Shown: positions 37,161 through 47,149 of the stretch, in pieces
Layout: every line of letters begins with the position of its first letter
Numbering within the stretch: position 1 is the first letter of the stretch
From: Octopus sinensis
Lineage: Eukaryota
Assembly: GCF_006345805.1 (NCBI RefSeq)
Contig: NW_021829832.1
Location: forward strand, 372,001 to 436,000
DNA: 64,000 nt
Direction: 5' to 3'
Position numbers and translations under genes: made by a program
Notes under the pieces: generated by a model
Databases searched by the model: none
Told to the model about the DNA's origin: nothing
Seen by the model: the letters and a program-made list of their open reading frames with translations, nothing else

Positions 37161-38320
37161 TATGCGTATAAATGTAATACAATTGTAGGTCATTCATGTG
37201 ATTCAGTTCAAACAACATTAACTGAATCAATCAAAGTAGATTCGGTTAAAGAAACGATCACGGAAGCTTTTGTACAAGCAAACATCCCGCTATACAAATT
37301 AAAAAATGATTCGATCAAAAAAATGTTTAAAACATTTAACATTAACACTCCGTCCGAATTTTCATGCAGAACTACGGTTAAATTTCTTGCACAAAAAAAG
37401 ATAAATGAGTTGACAAAATTATTAACGTATTAAAGTTTATTTTTTAACTTCTAGAAACAAAAAGATTTTTATAATAATTGATGAAACAGATATCCGAAGG
37501 AAAAGTTTTGTAGTGATTCTAATTGGAAGCATTCGCTTTCCAACAAAATCCTATTTGGTTGAATGCAAACCACTGGAAAATCATGCCAATGCTCCTATCA
37601 TCTGCCAAATAATAGATGATTATTCGTGACAATTTTTATCTGTTAATCTCAGATGCCGCTCCTTATATGATTTCTGGTGATATAAAAGTATCTAAATAAC
37701 TAGGCGGTAAAACTTTAATGGTCATGTATAACAACATGCATCATGTGACTTGTGTTTCTCATTTGTTACACAATACGGTTTTACGTATAAAGTCTGCATA
37801 TCCGGAAATAGATGGCTTAATTGCAAGCATTAAAGCTGCCACAGTAAAAAACCGAAGACGTCGTAATTTGTTCAAGGATGTTGGATACCCACCTGATGTC
37901 GTATTTACTAGGTATTCTTTTTCTTAATTTATGCAGATGGGGAAGTTGGTTTAAAGCAGCGAAATACTATTTCACGAATTTTGAAAAAATTTGTGAAATT
38001 GTTAACGCATTTCAGTCAGATGGAGTTTTAGTATCAAATGCTAAACATCATGCAAATAATCCCGATATTAAGTTGAAATTAAGGCAAATATTAAAAATTA
38101 TATGAATAAAAGAATGGAGGAAAAAGGATTTAAACCCATTATTGAGATGACTGAACCGAAAATTAGCTAACAAGATTATTTTTTACTTTCACGCTGTCAG
38201 GCATCCTCTGCATCCTTTGAAAGAGCTATTAAAATGCTGAAAAATATTTTAAAAAAGATAGAAACTTCTATCCAGACAATATCAAGCATTACTTCTTATT
38301 ATATTACAATAAATAAAATT
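37160..38320 (+). mobile_element. hAT-superfamily (CGGBP1-related) transposase relic containing three mini-introns
   Basis: EAFVQANIPLYKLKN, KIFIIIDETD, LISDAAPYMI, HVTCVSHLLH, PPDVVFTRWGSWFKAA, SSASFERAIKMLKNIL; introns 37427-37454, 37677-37703, 37912-37936. At least one frameshift near 37620. TIRs were not found. Confidence 0.8.
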
Positions 38321-38819
38321 TAAATGTTATTTTTATTATTCTAGCGCCTGGGGATCACATCGAACACAGAGAGAGGATGCGTAGTCTGATTGGGAATGTC
38401 GGGATCACCTAATTAATCTTGTTTTCTGACCTGACGGTTCTCTTGGTTTTTAAATAAATAAATAAATTTTTATTATTTTAAGTTATAGATTTTACAATTT
38501 TAAATGCTAGATTTGAATATTTTAAGTGCTAATTTTTTAATTATAAATGCTAAATTTAGCGCTAAAATTTTTTTTTAAGTGCTAGAAATAATTTGCCCTA
38601 GTTATTAGAAATCTCACTGTTAATTTGAACAAATTTGAATTTAATTAAAAGAATTGGTTCAACTTTCCAATAAAACTGATCGAAAAAATCAATTACTAAT
38701 TCTGGATCATGTACAGTGGGTCAAATTAGTCAAGGGACACTTGTAACTTTTTATTAAACAAAAGAATGAAGTGAATTATTTTTGTTCTACCTATTATTAC
38801 ATATTCTTATTAGAACAAT

Positions 38820-40100
38820 CTTCGTCTCTCATGCCCAACTATCATAGTCGGTACATAGAGGTCCTAATTCATTTGCCAAAAGGTCATATTTATGGAACTT
38901 TTCCACTTCAATTTGCTTTAGACAATTTTGTGAGGTAATCCCAACTTCAATGAGTGTAATTGTATTCCTCATTTTGTCATGGACAAAAATATCTGATTTA
39001 TTGTTTGAAACAGCCGTATCCGTAGAAATAGTTGTGTCCACTCGAATTTCCACAACTTCATTGGCGACAACAGATAACTGAGTGAGTTTTTAATTTCTTC
39101 GTTTTTCTTATCCCGTATTGGCGGCATAAATGCAATTCGGGATATGAATTCTACGATAGTGGCCACATGAGTTTTCTTTGAATTAACGACCTTTGAATTA
39201 ACTACCTAAAAATGCGTTATTGGGGGGTCGGAAGAGGTTAGAGTCGATTTTGCCAAAATTCATCTCCAACATGCAACGGAGGGACAAAAAAGTAATATTT
39301 TAATGTTTTTTAAATTTATATTTCAAAAAATCTCTAGTTTCTATTTCATCTTAATGGTCCCTGTCAGATTCTACAATCGGACAATGAGACAGAATTCAAA
39401 AATAATGACATTTGGGTTCTTTGCGAGAAGTTCAAAATTCAACAGATCCACCCACAGCAGACCTAATAACCCTAGATCATATGCTATCTTATGGAATGCA
39501 TTCTTTTGTAGGGTATGGTAGAACGCTTTAATCAGACAATTACGAGATCACTATCGAAGTTGAAGTGCCCTAATGAAAATAAATGAGTCTCCATTCTCGA
39601 ATATTGGGTGTATTGCTACAATACAACGATGCATTCATTTTCGAATGAGACCCCATTCAAGCGTTATCGAGGAATTCTAGGAACAAATCTGTTACCGATC
39701 ATCGAATCTGTAGAAGGTGGCATATTTTAAGTAACCTGAAGAATCGTAACAGAAACATCTTTCAATTTCGAAATACATCTGGTAATTATCGACTCAACAA
39801 ACTTGACAATTCGTCCAAGTAGACCAGACTTTTCCAAAATCTGTATCAGAAAATCGTGATCTACTGAATCAAATGCTTTTTTGACGTCGATTTATGCAGC
39901 GTGTAGTTTGCTTTGCGTAAATCCTACCACCCTTGCACTACTCTAAATGTGCTAAATGATAATGATCGTTCACTGAAGAATACGCTTTCAAAACAATAAA
40001 ATCCTTGTAAAATCAATGGTCTGAACCAATGTCCACATCCAATGAAAAAAATTCAAAATTAATATTTTAATATTTCAATATCGACAATTCTAAGCTTGAT
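38820..40100 (-). mobile_element. Degenerate, internally deleted R4-like relic
   Basis: VEIRVDTTISTDTAVSNNKSDIFVHDK..LIEVGITSQNCLKQIEVEKFHKYDLLANELG, and RT piece IDVKKAFDSVDHDF near 39870. Confidence 0.75.
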
Positions 40101-40399
40101 ACCTAACTCCGTCTTCAATAAACTTCCACTAGTTTTTCACTCTTCTGAAATTCTTTTAGAAATTTGGAAATAGTTTACTGACAGCAAAGTGTATTTCCTT
40201 CTTTTGAATCTATTGACCAGACTCTTCATTGCAGAAATACCTTAATATAAAATCGAAAGCTAATTCCTTAATTTTGTATACAAATCATTTTCTTTTCAGC
40301 GGTCATTTGAAACATTTTGTGAAACAAAAAGAGATCCTCAAACGCATAATAAAGGACGTGATTCAGACAATCGCATTAACGAATCCAGTTCTTTTTTGC

Positions 40400-41050
40400 A
40401 ATAAGTCTATTCGTCTCTCTAAAAATCTGATTGTTATAGTTTTCGATTTTCATTCCATGTTCAACAATTATTCTCTCTAATGTTTTCTTGATTATCACTG
40501 ACTATGCTTTGAACGAAAAAAATAGATTTAGTATTTGGTTTATGGTCCATTCTGTGTCAACACAATATAATTGATACTTTTGTGTTGTGGATTTTAAAAG
40601 TTTTTGGTTTATTTTTCTGTACACAAGTGCCAGTTTGCAACAACGTATCTACTCTTATTTCAACACGACTGTGTGACACACTCGATTGAACTCTGCGTTT
40701 TTATTTTTTTAGTTTTCCATTTCCGAATTGACGACCTAATTTTAAAAACGTGAAAACTCCAAGAACTAATCCATTTTTTTAATTAGTTAAAATCGATCTT
40801 GTTTTCATAACTTATTCATCAATAAAATCGTGGCCAACTGTTTCTAAACTTCTCTATTTGCTGACAATCAATCCCCGAATTTCTGAGAATCGAATTGGAG
40901 ACAGTTTCCGTTCATTATTGTCCCAAAGGTTAACTTTCACTAATTGTATGTGTCTGGCGTGAAACTGATGATTAATTAAGGAATCAGATTTGATAAGTAT
41001 GTGAAAGACTATAAATTATAGCAATTTATTTATCATTTTAGATTTGTCCA
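40400..41050 (-). mobile_element. Second degenerate R4-like 3' relic
   Basis: Minus frames give VEIRVDT and KTLERIIVEHGMK, matching VEIRVDT and RTLESMFIEHRHGMK of the intact ORF. Confidence 0.55.
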
Positions 41051-41127
41051 ATTAAAGTACCCTCAATAATTACAACTCGTAGAAACGTGCGTTATTATAT
41101 ATTGAAAGACAAGAATTTGACAGTAAA

Positions 41128-41953
41128 ATGAGGAGGCAGACATGTTTGTTTAAATCAGGGACCACAAACAGAATAATAGACTCTAACAAGGATGACGTAA
41201 TTCGGGAAATGCAAAATGGTGTTATTTTCTTTTTTAGCATTCCCAGATTCCCCTGTACCCATTCTAATCGGAAATTTAAGCTCTCGAGTAACAATCGACG
41301 ATATTCGCCAGTTCTTTGCTGAAAATGAATTGGAAATCTACAGAATTCATATAAAAAACAGGTAAAAGTCGTTTTTTAATTTCCAGAAGTGCTAAAGCAT
41401 TTATAATGCAAAGAAAACTGTTATTCGCTTTAAATCTGAATGGAAAAATGTTCTATATGAGAAAAATATCGGTCATGCTTTATGATGAGCCCTTCTCGGG
41501 ATGTGTTGACTGCGACAACCCAGTTTCCATATTTGTGAAATACTTATCTCCAAAAACTACAAGGGAAGCTCTCCAGAATGCATTTCCGGACTCACTGTCA
41601 GCAGTACTCATCCATGATCAAAATACAGGAATTTCTAAAAGGTAATTAAAGTGACTATGGCAGGTATGGTTTTGTCAATTTCTCAACACGTCAACAAGCT
41701 TATAATGCGATTAAAACTGTTAAAACTGTCGAAAATAAGGTCATTCGCAGTTCACTCTCATGTTTGTTACAATGCACATTTCTGTAGACATTTCTAGAGA
41801 GAATACCACACGTCGGAAAAAAGTTGATGTTGTGGTGAAACCTCCCAAAAAAAACAAGATTACACGGAAAAGAAGAAAGCGAAAGAGGAGGCGTTATTTG
41901 AATATCTTTTATTGAGTTTTTGGTGTACTTTCGTGAAATTCTATATTTTCTAA
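41128..41953 (+). CDS. Two-RRM RNA-binding protein (nucleolin-like RRMs); last exon boundary uncertain
   Basis: PILIGNLSSRVTIDDIRQFF (RNP2); IFVKYLSPKTTREALQNAFPDSLSAVLIHDQNTGISKR|YGFVNFST (RNP2/RNP1) across 22-nt intron GTAATTAAAGTGACTATGGCAG; basic tail. Confidence 0.6.
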
Positions 41954-42327
41954 AATGCCTCAATAGTCACAATTTAGAGTTTTAATTGTAATCGTGATCT
42001 TTGATAAACACGTTAAATTTGAATAGTTCATTAAAAATGAGTTGATTTATTTGTAACGAATAACCTCCATTTTAAAAATATGAATTTATGAATCAACGCG
42101 ATCATTTATGGCATTAGCGGCCAAACTACGGCATAGATATGTTCAGGTTGCTTTTAAGTTTTGTGGGATTCGTAATACTCTCATATGCACAGTGTCCAGC
42201 GTATAAGTCATTGATATTTAAGCCTGGATTGGAATCAATATATTCTCTTATTGATGCTTCGATCCCAACTAGATTATCCTCCGGTATTTTCCTAGTTTTC
42301 AACGAGCATATTTTGAACACACTACAC

Positions 42328-43252
42328 CAGGGGTCGGCAGGATTTTTGTCTTCGCGGGCCAAAATTTTATTTTTGTATGCGATCCGGCCAAACGAGAAAA
42401 AATCCTTATCGGTCAAAAAATAAGGCAACGCTTGCACATTGCGATCTTTCTTTATCAAGTTTTTTTGCAACTTTCTTACGAAATAAAAATTTATCAGTAA
42501 AAAATGATTATAAAGAAGTGAAGAATTTATTTTACTCATAATGACTAGTTGCTAAACGTAATATATCGCTAAGATGTGAATCGGTAATCCTCGTTCTCAG
42601 ACAATTTTTTACATTATTCATTTTAGAGAATAACTGTTCACATAAAAAATGTGCTTCCAAATATACAAGCCATTTTCATAGCATTGTCGGTTAATTGCGG
42701 ATATTTTCTGACACATACAAAATTTTTGTAGAAGCTCAAAATATCCATTTCAGAAAAATATTTTGATTTAAGTGTACTGTCGCATTGAATTTCAAGTAAT
42801 TCCATTTGATAACACCTGGTACTGTCTCAGTTTCAACATCAAATAAGATTGAAAAAATGTTGAAAAGATTTTTATGAGCCTAAAAAATTATATATGCGCA
42901 TTTTACTCTTAATCCAAAAACGTGATGAAAATTCTGATCTCAATTCCAAAATTAATTGTTGTATTCCATAACTATGTTTGCATATTCCGGAACATCAGTC
43001 GGATTCGTAAAAAGAAAATTCACAAAGTGCGTCATGTTTCCTTTTTGTAACTGTAATTCCCACAACAGATTTATACTATAAATCTATATTACTAAAAGTC
43101 TAGTACTTTACTAAATTTGCCCGCGGGCCATGTTAGTTGGAAAAATTTGTCGGCGGGCCAATTTCCCTTAGTATTATAAAATTTGTTCGCGGGCCATTTT
43201 TAAATCATCCTGGGCCTAATTTGGCCCGCGGGCCGCGATTTGCCGACCCCTG
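42328..43252 (-). mobile_element. Non-autonomous hAT (Charlie/Spin-like) element retaining the transposase C-terminus
   Basis: Terminal inverted CAGGGGTCGGCA...TGCCGACCCCTG with GC-rich GGCCCGCGGGCC subterminal repeats. Minus frames give FSILFDVETETVP...GSTFLCEQLFSKM (hAT dimerisation domain). The flanking 8-mers differ, so no TSD. Confidence 0.8.
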
Positions 43253-43322
43253 CTTAGAACATTAAAATCCTGAATGCAACTTGCAGTTCATGTAACGTGG
43301 ACTGTGTCTGGTTGAGCGTGTA
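43253..43322 (+). rRNA. 5.8S rRNA, 3' portion only (5' part replaced by the hAT end)
   Basis: GAACATTAAAATCCTGAATGCAACTTGC...TGTCTGGTTGAGCGT resembles the 5.8S 3' half and sits ~170 nt upstream of the 28S start. Boundaries are approximate. Confidence 0.6.
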
Positions 43323-43489
43323 CCTGTAGTGGCATAACAATTGTTGCGTGCCGAGCTGTGTATTTGGAGCTGACTAGCGTGTGTATTGACTGTTTGGTTC
43401 CATTACACTAATTTTAGTGTTATTTATTGAATCACTGCCAATTTGGTTATGTTTGGTGATGAAATAAATAGCTAGTGAATTTGAACCAG

Positions 43490-43814
43490 CCTCAGCCAGG
43501 CATGACTACCCGCTGAACTTAAGCATATCATTAAGCGGAGGAAAAGAAACCAACCGGGATTCCCGTAGTAATGGCGAATGAATTGGGAATAGTCCATCGC
43601 TGAATCGTAGTTAAACTACGAACTGTGGCGTTAGCGGTGTTATTAGGAAATGTATACGGTACCAAGTTCTATCGAACTGGACTTCCCAGAGAAGGTGAAA
43701 GGCCTGTAGTAACTGTGTACGTTTTCCTGCAAGCATCGTTAGAGTCGGCTTGCTTGTGAGTGCAAGCTAAAGTGGGTGGAAAGCTTCACCTAAGACTAAA
43801 TAAATGCACGAGTT

Positions 43815-43851
<37 letters not shown>

Positions 43852-45715
43852 AACTTTGAGAAAAGGGTTAAAAGTGCGTGAAACCGTTTAGAAGGAAGCG
43901 GATAGAGCCTTGACGCTTTGCGTTACAGTTGGGACGCAAAGCAGCTGTAATGAGTGTTCTAACTGGTTGCTAGTTTGAATGTGCCCTTTTGATGGCTGTG
44001 TATGCTGTTTATTGTTAGGGTAATGATTCTAGCAGCTTGTTGGTGAGTACTGAGGATTAGCTTTTGGATGATTAACATGCATGGGTGTTCTATCCGACCC
44101 GTCTTGAAACACGGACCAAGGAGATTACCGTATTAGCAAGTCTAATGGAGTTATTCCATGCGGCGTAATGAAAGTAACTGGATGTGAGGGTGTTAAACCT
44201 GCAACATACGCCCCTAATTGTAACTACGGTTTATTAGGGAGTGTTAGCTAATGCGTTAAGACCCGAAAGATGGCGAACTATACCTGGTTAAGATGAAGCC
44301 AGTGGAAACACTGGTGGAGGTCTATCGCGGTTCTGACGTGCAAATCGATTGTCGAAGCTGGGTATAGGGGCGAAATACTAATCGAGCCATCTAGTAGCTG
44401 GTTCTCTCCGAAATTTTCTCAGGATAGCTGTGTTCGTAAAAAGTTCATATTTTAAAGCGAATGATTAGAGATCTGTGCTCAGATTGGGTGCATACTATTC
44501 TCAAACTTTAAACACGTGAGATATGTGGCTCACTTGATTGGAGGCACATATAGAATTAGAGTACCAAGTGGGCCAATTATGGTAATCATGACTGGCGCTG
44601 TGGGATGAACCAAACGTCTAGTTAAGGTGCCTGACTAGACGCACACAGGATACCATGAAAAGTGTCAGTTGATTATGACAACTGGAAGGTGACCATAGAA
44701 GTCGGAATCCTCTAAGGAGTGTGTAATAACTCACCTGTCGAATTAACTGGCCTTGAAAATGGATGGCGCTGTAGCGTTTGACCTATACTAGGCCGTTGTA
44801 GCAGTTTGACTGGCTTTGGCTAGTGAGAAAAGATAGGCTACGACGAGTAGGAGAGACGTGGCGGTAGCATGGAAGCCAAGCATGTGAATGCTGGTAGAGC
44901 TGTTCGCTAGTGCAGATCTTGGTGGTAGTAGCAATTACTCAAATGAGAACTTTGAGGGCCTATGTGGAGAAGGGTTTCATGTGAACATGAGTTGTACATG
45001 AGTTAGTCGGTCCTAAGCACGTTGTCAAGTCATTTGAAATGGCTAGTGTAGCCTGTGTGCGAAAGGGAATGGGGTTAATATTCCCGAACCTAAGAAGGCT
45101 GTTTATGCGGCGACGCTGTTGTAACAGTCTAGGACGGCAGGTGTTCTGGGAAGAGTTATCTTTTCTTCTAAAGGGTCGGTTTCTCTTGAAATGGTTTAGC
45201 CAGCGAAAGAGAAGTTGTTGATCATTACGATCATATCCGCAGAGCATTGCAGTTTTTGCTGTGTCCAGTGTACACCTGACGTTTCATAAAACGCCTGTTA
45301 CAGTTTAACAGTCACTTGGGCCGTACCAATAACCGCAGCAGGTCTCCAAGGTTAGCAGCCTCTGGTCAATAGATAAACGCTGATAAGGGAAGTCGGCAAA
45401 CTAGATCTGTACCTTCGGTAGAAGGATTGGCTCTATGGGTTGAGTCTTTACTGCTGTTTGTTTGATTGCTGCGTAAGTGGTAGTTGAGCATTGAGTGGTA
45501 GGACAGTGAACAACCAAAGTAGAACTGGCACGGAGAAGGGGAATCTGACTGTGTAATAACAACAAAGCAGTGCGATAGCCGTAAACGGTTTTGACGCAGT
45601 GTGATTTCTGCCCAGTGCCCTGAATGTCAGCGTGAAGAGATTCACTTAAGCACGGGTAAACGGCGGAGTAACTACGACTCTCTTAAGGTAGCCAAATGCC
45701 TCGTAATTTAATTGA

Positions 45716-45746
<31 letters not shown>

Positions 45747-46800
45747 ACTGTCCCTATCAGCACTCTAGCGAAACCACAGACAGGGTAACGGGCCCGTGAC
45801 AATCAGCGGGGAAAGAAGACCCTGTTGAGCTTGGACTCTAGATTGGCATTGTAGGAGGACATTGGGGATATAGTAATAGGTGGGAGCTGTTCCGCAGCGA
45901 CAATGTAAGACCACTTCCTCAGTCGTCTTCCTACTAATTCAGTAATACCGTGCTTCCTTAATGGGAAAGTTTGCAGTGATCGGATCTTTAAGGCCCGTTC
46001 GGGGTCGATCGGATCTGAAAACAGTGTCATTTGGGGAGTTTGGCTGGGGCGGTACATCTGCTAAACAATAACGCAGATGTCCAAAGGTGAGCTCAGGTGA
46101 ACAGAAATCTACCATAGCGCGAAAGGGTAAAAGCTCGCCTTATTTGCATGTTCAGTACGTATGCAAGGCGCAAAAGCGTGGCCTATCGATCCTTTTACTT
46201 TTATAAGCTTTAAGTTAAAGGTGACAGAAAAGTTACCACAGGGATAATTGGCTTGTGGCACCCAAGCGTACATAGCGACGGTGCTTTTTGATCCTTCGAT
46301 GTTGGCTCTTCCTATCATTGCGAAGCATAAATCGCAAAGTGTAGGATTCTTCACCCACTAACAGGAACGTGAGCTGAGTTTAGACCATCGTGAGATAGGT
46401 TAGTTTTTACCCTACTGATTGAGTGTCGTTGCCACAGTAATTCTGCAAATTACGTAAGGAACTGCAGAGTCAGACATTTGGTTCATGCACTTGACTGGAA
46501 AGTCAGTGGTGCGAAGCTATCGTCTGAAGATAATAACTGAACGCCTCTAAGTTAAAATCTTGACTGGCTGCAACGATATTGTTCGAAGCTCTTGTATAGC
46601 AAATTTATGCTTTTATGCTGCTACTGGCTTGGTGTCGTTGATAACACTAAAAACTGTTGTTACACCGGTTAACTTGCATTTTCACTGAGCTTTGTGCTAA
46701 ATTATATGCAAACGACATATACTGGCATGGGAACTGTACATACGAAAGCCACGTATAATGGCGATCTACTGAGGTCCATCCCTTTGCCTAAAATTTGTCC
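43490..46800 (+). rRNA. 28S (LSU) rRNA, full length, strongly divergent; possibly an orphan or pseudogenic copy
   Basis: ACCCGCTGAACTTAAGCATATC, GACCCGTCTTGAAACACGGACCAAGGAG, CTCTTAAGGTAGCCAAATGCC, GGGGAGTTTGGCTGGGGCGG, PTC region 46240-46400. Ends are approximate. Confidence 0.95.
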
Positions 46801-47149
46801 GCTTGTCGGACGCTTCTACCATTATTTATGACGGGCCAGAAAGTGTAGTATAGTTGCTATATCTCTATCTTACGTATTAAAGGGCATTTAATCCAGCACT
46901 ACTAGGATAAGTTCAAACCAACAAGTCAAAATCTAAAATAAACTCTTGTATAGTAAAGTCCAATATGAAAAAATCTCTGGATAGTAGTATAGAAAAAATA
47001 TTGATGCGACCAGTTAAGACGGGCTATTTTAGATCGTTTAACATTTACTGCGATGGTTAAAGATATATGTACTAGAAAAAGCGGCCTGTTTTTCCGGATT
47101 ATAAATTGTCACTGAACTCAAACTCTGCGAGCATCTTATCTCCTGATAC

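Noticed and set aside
36100-38620. TIR-bounded full hAT element defined by AAATGCTA/AAGTGCTA subterminal repeats
   Set aside because: The repeats occur at both ends, but I could not find a matching inverted terminal pair or TSD, so only the transposase relic is reported.
38708-38740. Tc1-like left TIR (TACAGTGGGTCAAATTAG)
   Set aside because: No partner TIR or transposase sequence was found nearby.
41740-41750. Putative record-short 11-nt intron GTCATTCGCAG in the RRM gene
   Set aside because: A 38-nt GT-AG intron (41750-41787) reaches the same downstream frame, and 11 nt is below any plausible minimum. It cannot be supported without RNA data.
45680-45780. R2/R4/R1 insertion in the 28S target region
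   Set aside because: The region is continuous (TTAAGGTAGCCAAATGCC...ACTGTCCCTATC...GCGAAACCAC) with no insertion.
44960-46354. Short ORFs within 44.9-46.4 kb
   Set aside because: They lie inside the 28S rRNA and are spurious.
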